Below, one piece after another: positions 27,071 to 37,814 of a stretch of 64,000 nt of DNA. The DNA is taken from the NCBI RefSeq assembly GCF_018350175.1, contig NC_058382.1:49044001-49108000 (forward strand), given 5' to 3'. Source of the DNA: Felis catus. Its lineage: Eukaryota. The notes beneath the pieces are model-generated. The model made no database searches. It was given only the letters and a program-made list of their open reading frames with translations, and was not told the origin of the DNA. The stretch's first letter is position 1; every line of letters begins with the position of its first letter. The position numbers and the translations under genes are program-made.

Positions 27071-27860
27071 TAGGCCTTTTACTCTGTAAGTAACTCTTCT
27101 GATTCCCTATCAAATCTAGCCCTTTATCTACTTGAGATATCTCCACTTTATAGTCTCCTACCTGGCATCTAACTTCTTTTGAATGGCAACACTATACCTT
27201 AAATTTTGGCAATCCTATAGGAATATTCTGGTCAAGAACTGATCATTGGGTAGACCCTAATGACGGATCCTAATTTGTGGTACAAAAGCCTATTGGTTAC
27301 TGCCAGCAAAGTGGACAGGTTTAGCTTGGTAAACTGATGGTGAGTCAGGGTCCATTCTGGTCCACCAGTCCCCTTCTTTCTCCAAAAAAAATGACCCAGA
27401 TAACTTCCCTCAAGAAAGAGAAAATGTGGGCCTCTGTGGTGAATTGTATGCTTTAAAATGGTAAATTTTGTTATGAGTATTTACCATAAAATACCAGTAA
27501 AATGAAGAAGTGGGCCTCAATTTGAAATCTGAAGACTGAACTACTCAACACGAACTCTGGACTGTTTCATTCTACCCTCAAACTTCTTCAAACACACTTT
27601 ATAACTGACAAAGTTAGTGAAATCTTATATGCTATGGTTCACAGATTGAAATGGGAACTAAACAATCAAAGAAATTATGAAATTAAGTAATCTGGCTGAT
27701 AGCCCCACATGTAGATGTACAGGCTCTTTGGATTATGGACAAAATCTCTTTGGACTGTGGATGAGATGTGTTCTCTTGTTTTAATTTGGGCACTCTAGGC
27801 TCCTGGCTTAGAAATGGACTGCAAACTCTGATCATAATCTCTCTCCTGTTTGAGGTGCAG
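27071..27860 (+). pseudogene. EBLG-like remnant: bornavirus glycoprotein C-terminal half
   Basis: One frame from 27131 reads LEISPLYSLLPGI*...AIL*EYSGQELIIG*TLMTDPNLW...PPV, versus recalled BoDV-1 G ILQSLLLGV...[23 protein letters not shown]...PPV, with identical L-IIG-W spacing. YGSQ at 27633-27644 matches YGTQ. G*DVFSCFNLGTLGSWLRNGLQTLIIISLLF (27759-27851) matches GW...FAFLNPLGWLRDLL plus the TM helix. Confidence 0.78.
27435..27518 (+). mobile_element. Extreme 3' end of an old L1 (L1MA/L1MB-like) inserted into the EBLG segment
   Basis: gaattgtatgctttaaaatggtaaattttgttatgagtatttaccataaaa resembles old L1 3' termini. Flanked by the direct repeat gtgggcctc (27426-27434 and 27510-27518). Confidence 0.65.
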
Positions 27861-27966
27861 TGTTCAAACGCATCATCTCCAGTCTTAAATGATGGATCAG
27901 ATGATACAACAAACAAATGATCATCCTACAATACAAACAGGAAAAGTTGATATATATAGTGGATGA

Positions 27967-28134
27967 AATGACTACTACCTGAAACTGGATATGCAACCAC
28001 AATTCTTTAAAACAGTGGTCTACATCCAGATTGATCATATCCCCAGATGATAATGTTCCATTTTTCAGTCTGGGCTGAAGAAGGATAAGAGGGGACAGAT
28101 AACCAAGACCAATTCTGTTAACGTAAGACTGTAG
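27967..28134 (+). pseudogene. EBLM-like remnant: bornavirus matrix protein, central and C-terminal part
   Basis: A single frame reads NDYYLKLDMQPQFFKTVVYIQIDHIPR**CSIFQSGLKKDKRGQITKTNSVNVRL*, versus recalled BoDV-1 M TDYFTIDVEPAGHSLVNIYFQIDD...LNKDQSKHAINAAFNVFSYRL. Confidence 0.75.
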
Positions 28135-28250
28135 ACCACCTATGTTAAACATGACATAGTTGTTGTTTCAGGGAATCTCTGCCCAAGAAAGACAGACTGC
28201 AAATCAATAACTTCACCATTTGATTCAGGGAATTCCTAATAGATCAATTT

Positions 28251-29393
28251 ACCAGAGACAAGAATCTTCTCATCTGAGCAAATGACTTCCTTATCTAACT
28301 AACATATTTCTGCATTAAGAACTGCTTTAGGGGTGCCTGGGTGGCTCAGTTGGTTAAGCATCCGCCTTCAGTTCAGGTCATGATCTCAGAGTTCATGAGT
28401 GCGAGACCCACATTGGGCTCTCTGCTGTCTTCGGCTTGGAGCCCGCTTTGGATCCTGTGTCTCCTCTCTCTCTGCCCCTCCTCAGGTCATTCTCTTTCTC
28501 TCTCTCTCAAAATAAATAAATTAAAAAAAAATTAAAGAAGAATTGCTTTAAGACCTCTAACTCGAAGGGTCCACCAATTCTAAATTGTTGTATTGCAAAT
28601 TTTGTCCAATCACAATCAGTTCCCTTCTTTAAAAGACCCTTTGAAACCACTTTATGTCAGATCTCAAAGGCATTTAAATATCCCAATTTTGACTTCTTCC
28701 TGTCAAGGTGGTATCCTCCTATCTGTAGTAAGTACTAATAAATTCAGGTTTGATTTATTAACAGATTGGCGTAATTCAGAAAAGTATATTGGGGTCCATA
28801 CCAAGTGATCCTTCAATATCTAGCTCAAAGAAGGACTTTGGGGCTGAACTGGAAAAACCTCAATTGATATATTTTAAAAACTGAATCTTCTGAGGTTTAT
28901 AAACATCAGTAACACGAATAATCTAATGAAATCTTCTCAAGTTTCCCATGTTTTTCTTTAGATAACATCAATCTACAGTTGACAGAACAAGATACTACCA
29001 AGTATACATCAATAATCACCACTATATCAAATGCTGAAGTGATGTAAATTAAACACTTACTTTGGGAAATATTGATAGATTAATGTAAACAATAAAGATG
29101 CGATATTTTACAAGAATTATCCACAATCTCCAAACCATATCTTTGCCTTTTAAAGTGATATTTTTCTATTATAAAATTAATGGATTTTGAAATCAAAATC
29201 TAAAGAACAAAAGACCAGGAGGATCCTTTAATGGTACTCCAACTGAGCCAGTGCTCATTGTATGACCTAAATAGATCATAACTCTCAATACTTCAATTGG
29301 AATTGGCAGAAAACTACATAAAAAGTGAGACATTCTGACTCCAACTAGTTGCATATCTACTATGATTCCATAAACCAATACTACCTTTCTGAG
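28251..29393 (+). pseudogene. EBLL-like remnant: N-terminal ~300 aa of bornavirus L (RdRp)
   Basis: TRDKNL...TYFCIKN (28251-28322) vs RTDQSL...VSFCLKS; YQVILQYL (from 28799) vs YQRIVGQV; IDRL...YFTRIIHNL (29071-29130) vs IDSI...YFTIIKSI; LHKK*DILTP (29314-29343) vs LLKKLLQLDP; YYLSE (29379-29393) vs WYFPE. After removing the SINE, spacing of the first three motifs matches the recalled BoDV-1 L. Confidence 0.7.
28330..28537 (+). mobile_element. Carnivore SINE inserted into the EBLL segment
   Basis: ggggtgcctgggtggctcag head, (CT)n and A tail. TSD aagaactgcttta (28317-28329) / aagaattgcttta (28538-28550). Confidence 0.93.
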
Positions 29394-30055
29394 GAAGGGA
29401 AAATATTGTTACAGAAAGGGAATAGTCAAAGTATAGAAAAGGTGTAGTTCACGGGGAGAAGGTGAAAGGACAAAGGTAGAACAGTTCCAGATGCTTTTAG
29501 ATTTACTATTTTTAAATACTTTATAAAGTATGCCGATGGTTCAAGTACGCATTACTTTCCGGGTAAAGAACATTCACCTCAAATAATGGAAACTAAAGAT
29601 GCTCCAGGTATTTCTAAGCACTCATTACTATACAGTCTACACCACTGGTTATGCAGCATAGACTTGCGAGAACTAGGATCAAAGTTAGGTTCTTCCAAGT
29701 ACTAGCTGGACTAATTATTTAACTCTTATAAGCCTAAATTTCCTTATCTATAAATGGGGATGAGTATTTATTACATATGCAGGAATAAATTAGGCAAAGC
29801 ACATAAAGCACCTATGAGTACTCACAATAAGCATACAATAAATATTATCTATAATATTATTATAGTATACTTCTAGAAGATTATTAATTTTGTACTGCCC
29901 TAACTCCAAAACACAGCAATAAATCAATCTCAGAAATAAGGAAAAAAGTAAGTAAAAAGAGGTTTTCTTTTAAGCCTCAACTTCAGGAGTAAGTTTGTAG
30001 ATCTATAGATTCTTAGCTAGAGGAAGGCAACTTCAGTTTTAACAGTTCAATTACA

Positions 30056-30625
30056 GGGGCGCCTGGGTGGCTCAGTTGGTTAAGCGTCTGACTTCAGCTC
30101 AGGTCATGATCTCACGGTCCGTGAGTTCAAGTCCCGCGTCAGGCTGTGTTGTCAGTTCAGAGCCTAGAGCCTGCTTCAGATTCCGTGTCTCCCTCCCTCT
30201 CTACCCCTCCCCCACCCACACTCTCTCAAAAAATGAATAAAAGAAAGTGGCCAAAATGAACAAATCAGGAGACTATAGATGCTGCCAAGGATGTGGAGAA
30301 ACAGGAACCCTCTTGCACTGTTGGTGGGAATGCAAACTGGTGCAGCCGCTCTGGAAAACAGTGTGAAGGGTCCTCACTATGACCCAGCAATAGCACTGCT
30401 AGGAATTCACCCAAGGGATACAGGAGTGCTGATGCATAGGGGCACTTGTACCCCAATGTTTATAGCAGCACTTTCAACAATAGCCAAATTATGGAAAGAG
30501 CCTAAATGTCCATCAACTGACAAATGGATAAAGAAGATGTGATATGTGTGTATATATATATATATATACACATATATATATATATGTATACACATATATA
30601 TATGTATATACATATATATATGTGT

Positions 30626-30669
<44 letters not shown>

Positions 30670-31222
30670 ACACACACACACACACACACACACACTGGAA
30701 TACTACTTGGCAATAACAATGAAATCTGGCCATTTGTAACAACGTGGACAGAACTGGAGAGTGGTATGCTAAGTGAAATAAGTCAGGCAGAAAAGCATAA
30801 GAGACTGTTAAAAACTGAGAACAAACTGAGGGTTGATGGGGGGTGGGAGGGAGGAGAGGGTGGGTGATGGGTATTGAGGAGGGCACCTTTTGGGATGAGC
30901 ACTGGGTGTTGTATGGAAACCAATTTGTCAATAAATTTCATATTAAAAAAAAAAAGAAATAAGTCAGGCAGAGAAAGACAGATATCATATGTTTTCACTC
31001 ATATGTGGATCCTGAGAAATTCAGCAGAAGACAGGGGGAAGGGGAAGGGGGGAAAAAAGTTACAGACAGGGAAGAAGGCAAACCGTAAGAGACTCTTAAA
31101 TACTGACAACAAACTGAGGGTTGATAAGGGTGGGGGAGAAGGGAAAGTGGGTGATGGGCATTGAGGAGGGCACCTGTTGGGATGAGCACTGGGTGTTGTA
31201 TGGAAACGAATTTGACAATAAG

Positions 31223-31250
<28 letters not shown>
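30056..31250 (+). mobile_element. SINE joined to a 5'-truncated carnivore L1 3' end, with a second L1 3' end nested at 30792-30955
   Basis: SINE at 30056-~30240. L1 ORF2 C-terminus remnant ([12 protein letters not shown]...[26 protein letters not shown]). Outer TSD acagttcaattaca; inner TSD gaaataagtcaggcaga. Confidence 0.92.
30543..30696. repeat. Compound (TA)n/(TG)/(CA)n microsatellite within L1
   Basis: Visible directly; explains the YIYI/CVCV ORFs. Confidence 0.95.
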
Positions 31251-31256
<6 letters not shown>

Positions 31257-32807
31257 CAATTACAAAAGTGATAATTAATAGCTACATTATTTATGTAACT
31301 ATTTATTAATGTAATTATCCAAATTACATCAGGATAAACTGGAGTAAAGGAATAAATTAACTTAGGAAATTATGGTAGAAAAATCTTATGCCAATGGAAA
31401 GAACAATCTTTAAGTGACTTCATCAAGTTGCTTAGCACAATTATGTGTGTGTGGAATTTCTGCCTGCCTCCACCCTTATCTCTCAATCTAATACCCATAT
31501 ACAAATCCAGATGTGATACCTATTTTGAACTTCATTTAGGTTGCTTCTACGTAAACATGAGAGGTTTAAACAGTTTTGGTTTTGTTCACTCATATATTTT
31601 AAGGCTCCAAACAGCCTTTGTATTTAAATCCAACTGTTCAGATGCAGTTCTCTTTAAATGTGCAAACAAACTAAGGCTATTACTCAAGTAAAATCACGTT
31701 TCTAAATTTTACTTGGGAAATGTTTTTAGCCTACCATTGGCATTCAATGCACTTCTCTCCTCACACCAAACTCAAGTGGACTCCTTCTGTGCAAGTAAAT
31801 ACTACTTGTGGTCAGTTTAATAGGCAAGATCAATGACTTTGATAATTCAGTTTAAATGTCATGCATCTGTCTGTGTTATTTCAAATCACTTGACAGCCAC
31901 CTATAAACAGGTAATAAATATAAAACAGTGCAAACGAGGTCTAGGACTATACCATAATTCTTTCAAATACACTCAGATCTTACAACAGTATCTTTAAAAC
32001 TTTGATCATCATAATTATTATTCTTCCGAAGAGTATGGGAAATCTAATGTCTAAAATATGGGGCTCTGGGGGCGCCTAGGTGGCTCAGTCAGTTAAGTGT
32101 CCAACTCTTGGTTTCAGCTCAGGTCATAATTTCATTTTGTGGGATAGAGCCCCATATGATTTCACAGTTCATGGGACTGAAACCTTCATAAGACTCCGCA
32201 CTGAGCGCAGAGCCTATTTGGGATCTTCTCTCTTCCATTCTCTCTGCCCCTCCCCCTTGTTTTGTCTGTCTGTCTCCCTCAAAATAAATAAATAAACTTT
32301 AAAAAATACGGGGCTTAGATTAAAGGTCTTTAGATCTTTAGTCTACACAAGAAATAGAGAAGATAAGAATCGATGACTGGAGTAAAGTTTGGTATTTCAA
32401 AGATAATATTTTAAATGCTAACATGTGATACAAATGAAATGCCTCATGGACCAGAGAAAAAGGACAGACCTTATAAACAACATAAGTGAGCTACAAAAAG
32501 CACGCAAACATTTTCCTAACTGAAATCTTACTAAATAATCCACAATACAGAATTTGTCTGGGGAAAGGCTCTCTGTATCAGGGAAAATATACCTACTCAG
32601 AAGCAAGAGGTGATATCTAATAACCCAAAACATATACATATACATCCATATAGATAGATAGATAGATAGATTCCCCCCCCCAAACCAAAACACATTTTAG
32701 TTAAAAAAAAAAAAAAAAAAAAAAAAAGACCAGGGTGGGATGGATAGCAGAAAGTCAATCTTGGACTGCTCTCACTGAAAGTCTTGATTCTGGTGCCAAG
32801 AAGAATT

Positions 32808-33552
32808 TTTTTTTTTTTAATTTTTTTAACGGTTATTTATTTTTGAGACACAGAGAGACAGAGCATGAATGGGGGAGGGTCAGAGAGAGAGACACACAGA
32901 ATCTGAAACAGGCTCCAGGCTCTGAGCTGTCAGCACAGAGCCCGACGCGGGGCTCAAACTCATGGACCGCGAGATCATGACCTGAGCCGAAGTCGGACGC
33001 TTAACCGACTGAGCCACCCAGGCGCCCCAAGAAGAATTTTTTTAACCTGCTACCTAGATTCTCCATGTTATTTATTTTTATTTACTTTAGTATGCAAGGA
33101 AAAAACCTTCAAGCATTTATTTTTTTGTAATGTTTATTTATTGATTTTGAGAGAGAAAGAGAGTGAGCATGATAGGGGCAGAGAGAGAGGGAGAGAGAAT
33201 CCCAAGCAGGCTCCAGGTCCACTCAGAGCCCAACTGGGGACTGGATCTCACAAACCGTGAGATCATGACCTGAGCCTAATCAAGAGTCACATGCCTCACC
33301 GACTGAGCCACCCAGGCGCCCCAAAAGTTTTAAGATTTAAATGAGAGGAACTGGGGCGCCTGGATGGCTCAGTTGGTGAGGTGTGTGACTCTTGATTCAG
33401 CTCAGGTCATGATCTCATGGTTTGTGAGATCCAGCCCCCAGTCGGGCTCTGAGCTGGACCTGGAGCCTGCTTGGGATTCATATTCTCTCTCTCTCTCTCC
33501 CTCTCTCTCTCTCCCTGCCCCTCTCCCACACATGCATGTGCTCTCCCTCTCA

Positions 33553-33583
<31 letters not shown>

Positions 33584-33600
33584 ACAAACAAACAAACAAA
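32808..33600. mobile_element. SINE cluster: minus (32808-33027), minus (~33120-33322), plus (33353-~33600)
   Basis: Three SINE bodies; the last two are head to head, 30 nt apart. Confidence 0.92.
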
Positions 33601-35781
33601 TTTAAATGAGACTTACCTTCTCTGTAATACCTACTATAAATAAAATCCACAAAATGAAACATTCTGACATTTAAAATATACACTTCAGATGTTAATGGTG
33701 TTGTACACTACTCTGAGCCATTTGTCTGGTTAAGAATCTTACAACACTTGGGGCGCCTGGGTGGCTCAGTCGGTTGAGCGTCTGACTTCGGATCAGGTCA
33801 TGATCTCACAGTTCGTGCGTTCAAGCCCCGCTTCGGGCTCTGTGCTGACAGCTCAGAGCCTGGAGCCTGCTTCAGATTCTGTGCCTCCCTCCTTCTATCC
33901 CTTCCCCACTCATGTGCTCTCAGTCTCTCAAAAATGAATAAACAGTAAAAAAAAAAAAAGAATCTTACAACGTTATAAATATTGTTACCTAGTTATGCCA
34001 TTAACCTAAGGAATTCAAGAAGCACATTAAGTACTAATTAAGTAATGTACCAAAAACCTTTGGCTATAACTTTAATTTTAAAACTTTATCTCAGATTAAC
34101 AAATACACAGAGGTGCCTGGCTGGCTCTGTCAGTGGAGTGTGCAACTCTTGATCTTGGTGCTGGGTGATCTTGATCTACCCACATGTGTGTAGAGATTGC
34201 TTAAAAATAAAATCTTAAAAGAAAGAAAGAACAAACAGGCATGCCTGGGTGGCATCTGACTTCAGCTTAGGTCATGATCTTGCGGTTTGTGAGTCTGAGC
34301 CCCACGTCAGGCTCTGTGCTACAGGTCAGAGCCTGGAGCCTACTTCACATTCTGTGTCTCCCTCTGCCCCTCCCCCACCCACACTGTCTCTCAATAAAGA
34401 AACATTAAAAAAAATTTTTTTTAATTAACAAATACATGTTTTAAAACATAAAATAATATGGAATAATTTTGGCCTAAGAGCAAGTTAATGAAGTTTCAAA
34501 AGAAAAGTGAATGCATTAATACCTCCTTTCCAAAAGGTCTGCCACTATATAAATGACCTCAATATACACGACTTACCAAGATAATTTATTCAACTGGTTA
34601 CTAAAATTGTCCCTGCTTCCAGATGAAGAAACAGTGCATAAAAATAGGAAATTGACTTCTCTGGTTTAAAACAATCTCTTATTAGTTCACCTTGGGGCCA
34701 CTAAAAATTCCTAAGTTTTCCTGGTTTTATTTTGTTCTCCTGCCCTCTTGGGGGTAGTGCCTCAATTAAAAGCAAGCACACACAAAAAAATCCTATAAAT
34801 GTAAACTTTCTTTTCAACCTTTTCCCTATTTCACCAATACCTTAATTAATATAATTATCTATCTTCTCTAAAAACGTCAGAAATAAAAAACAAAAAAAAT
34901 AAACATTCTTCTTCCAAAGATGACTAATCACCCTTGCCTTAGAATTTAAGTAGCTCTAGCTTACATCATTAATTGCGACCAAAAGAGATCAGACAAAAGT
35001 ATCTTCCATCTATGTAATGGCTTAAGGCTACAGTTTCTACTCATGACAAAATTCAGGGTTTTTTCATATTTAAGCTTTCTTTTTGCATAGCGAGGAAAGC
35101 AACTGACCGGGTAAGACTATGAACTTGTTAATTCACATTCTTATTCTACCAGTTAATTTATGCTATGATCTGGGCAAAGCCAATTATTAATCTCATCCTC
35201 TGCCACAGAATGCTTTGATTTTGAACTACAGTGAAAAGAGAAAAACACATTTTTCAAACCTTTTCCCTACAAAAAATAGAGCCATACCTTTCTGAAGCCC
35301 TCTGACAATTTTGGTAGTATAATTACCAACTCACAACAGCTTGTACCTGTGAAAAATATCCACTTCCAATAAGAGGGATCATTTAAATGGTCTCTGATCC
35401 AAAAGTTGCATTCTTGTGAGATATACTGAGGACAGCTTAAACTTGAATTTTCAGAACAGAAGAATAACTAATTCAGGATGAAAGATTCCAAGTTTTAAAG
35501 TCGATATTCAGGATCAGTTTCTGAATGAGAACCTGACTCACAGCAAGCCCTGGAGCTGCTCCTCCATTCTAAAAATATCTGCCACAGGGCACCTTATTCA
35601 TTCTGAACTGAATAAGAATTTCAAAGCTATGCTCTAATTCTTACTTGGTGCAACCATGACATCACAGAGCAGGCAGTGGCACAAATAACTGTGCTGCAAT
35701 AATTTGGCTACAAGTTATATCTATCTTGAAATTCTTCCTGAAAGTATTAAAATCCTAATGCAATAAACTTTTGGTTGATCA

Positions 35782-35802
35782 CCCCCCCCCCCCCCCCCCC
35801 CC
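35782..35802. repeat. Poly(C) run, ~21 nt
   Basis: Visible directly. Confidence 0.9.
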
Positions 35803-36270
35803 AGTCTCTGGCAGTGTTTTTCTTTTTAAGATAACTAAGGGCAGTTCCGGGAAGGCAGTGATCACAGTTTGGGCCACCACAATACCAGGCATACAATGGC
35901 ATTCCATATACATTTGTTATTTGGTTGACAGAAATCCTATCTGATCTCTAGGCTTCCAAAGGCAAGCTGTCCGACAATGGCATCACAATGAAATAAACTT
36001 CTCTGAAATTTCTTCCTTTTGGGTCTATTTTTCAGGTCTTTTAATTAAAAAAAATTTTTTTGTTGTTCATTCTTTTTTTTTTTTAACTTTTTTTTAATGA
36101 TAATTTATTTTTGAGAGAGAGAGACAGAGCATGAGGAGGGGAGGGGCAGAGAGAGAGGAAGACAGAATCCAAAGAGGCTCCAGGCTCTGAGCTGTCAGCA
36201 TAAAGCCAGACATGGGAATCCAACCCATCAACTGCGAGATCATGACCTGAGCCAAATTAGGCCGCCTAAC

Positions 36271-36618
36271 TGAAAGGGCGGGCCTACGCCAGCCGACTCC
36301 ATCTTGTTCTGTGTCCTTCACCTTGACCACACCTCCTCCCCTTGAGTAAACCCTCCCTCACCTGCCTAACAGGACTCGGACCCTTCCCCAGGACCCTTCC
36401 CCAGCCAATCGGCTGAGGCCATAGCCATTACCTCACCAACTGCCCCCAGGCCCCAATAAAACCTTTGTCCTTTTGAAACTCTCTTTCCCTGGTATCTCAC
36501 CGCTGCGTCGGTGCAGGTAGGGGATTGAGCTCGAGCTAGCTTGAATAAAGGCTCTTTGCTTTTGCATCGGACTCGGCTCCCTAGTGGTCTTTGGGGATCA
36601 CGAATTCTGGGCATAACA
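36271..36618 (+). mobile_element. Young ERV1 (gammaretrovirus-like) solo LTR, 348 nt, inserted into a minus-strand SINE
   Basis: TG...CA termini; perfect 4-nt TSD taac (36267-36270, 36619-36622); gactccatcttg motif; CCAAT at ~36406; AATAAA at ~36455 and ~36544; many intact CpGs. Confidence 0.9.
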
Positions 36619-37369
36619 TAACCAACTGAGCCACCCAGGTGCCCCCTAATGTTTATTTATTCTTGAGAGAGAGAAAGACAGTGCAAGTAAGGGAGGGGCA
36701 GAGAGAGAGGGAAGCACAGAATCCGAAGCAGGCTCCAGGCTCTGAGCTGTCAGCACAGAGCCTGACACAGGGCTTGAATTCACCATGAAAGCATGACCTG
36801 AGCTGAAGTCGGAGGCTTAACCGACTGAGCCACCAGGGCACCCCTCAGGTCTTTTAATTTCAACACTAATTCTCTAACACAGCCCCAAATTAATTTTTTT
36901 TAACGTTTATTTATTTTTGAGAAACAGAGAGCGATAGAGAACGAGCAGGGGAGGGGCAGAAAGAGAGGGAGACAGAATCTGAAGCAAATACAGCCCCAAA
37001 GTAAAACCAAAACTATGCAATGACTTTAAGCTGGACAGGACAAAAAAATTACTAAATAAAGAGATCAAAGAGCACTACTCTTAAAAAATTAAGTCCACTA
37101 TTTTGGTTTCTTGATGGAAAAGCACTAGGACAGGGAAGAAAAAGGTTATCAAGAATTATATTTCTGGAGTTCCTCCGCATACAGTTATGTTTCTGGAGCT
37201 TAGGAAAAAGGTTTAGGCCTGTGACAGAGATATGGGGATCACGACATTTAGGTGGGAATGAAATTACCTCAACCAAGTAAGAATAGAATCATGACATTTA
37301 ACCACCTGATTATAAGGAGGTGACTGAGAAAGAAGAATCTGACAGAAAAGCCACAGAGCAATGTCTTTT

Positions 37370-37751
37370 AAAGTTTTTATTTTAATTTCAGTTAGTTGAC
37401 ATATAGTGTTAAATTAGTTTCAGGTGTACAATATAGTGATTCAACAAGTCTATACATCACTCAGTGCTCATGAGGACAGGTGTATTCCTTAATCACCTAT
37501 TTGACCCATCCTCCTATCCCCTTCCCCTCTGGTAACCATCAGTTTGTTCTCTATAGTTAAGAGTCTGTTTCTTGGTTTGCCTCTCTCTCTTTTTACCCTT
37601 TGCTTGTTGGTTTCTTAAATTCCACATGAGGGAAGTCATGTGCTATTTGTTTTACTGTGACTTATTTCACTTAACATTACACTCTCTAGCTCCATCCATG
37701 TTGTTGCAAATGTCAAGATCTCATTCTTTTTTATGGCTGAGTAATATTCCG

Positions 37752-37814
<63 letters not shown>

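Larger units (their letters stand above)
27031..29393 (+). other. Candidate endogenous bornavirus-like element (EBL), decayed G-M-L segment, antisense to GLG1
   Basis: Colinear degenerate motif matches to bornavirus G, M and L across stops and frameshifts. Interrupted by an L1 3' fragment and a SINE, each with a TSD. Boundaries approximate. Confidence 0.8.

Noticed and set aside
27683..29378. ORF-track entries 27683-27916, 27832-28152 and 29193-29378 (minus) and 28593-28808 (plus) as genes
   Set aside because: No recognisable protein in these frames. The meaningful signal is in other, stop-interrupted plus-strand frames (the EBL).
30407..31309. Overlapping YIYI/CVCV/HTHT ORFs
   Set aside because: Microsatellite and L1 3'UTR translations.
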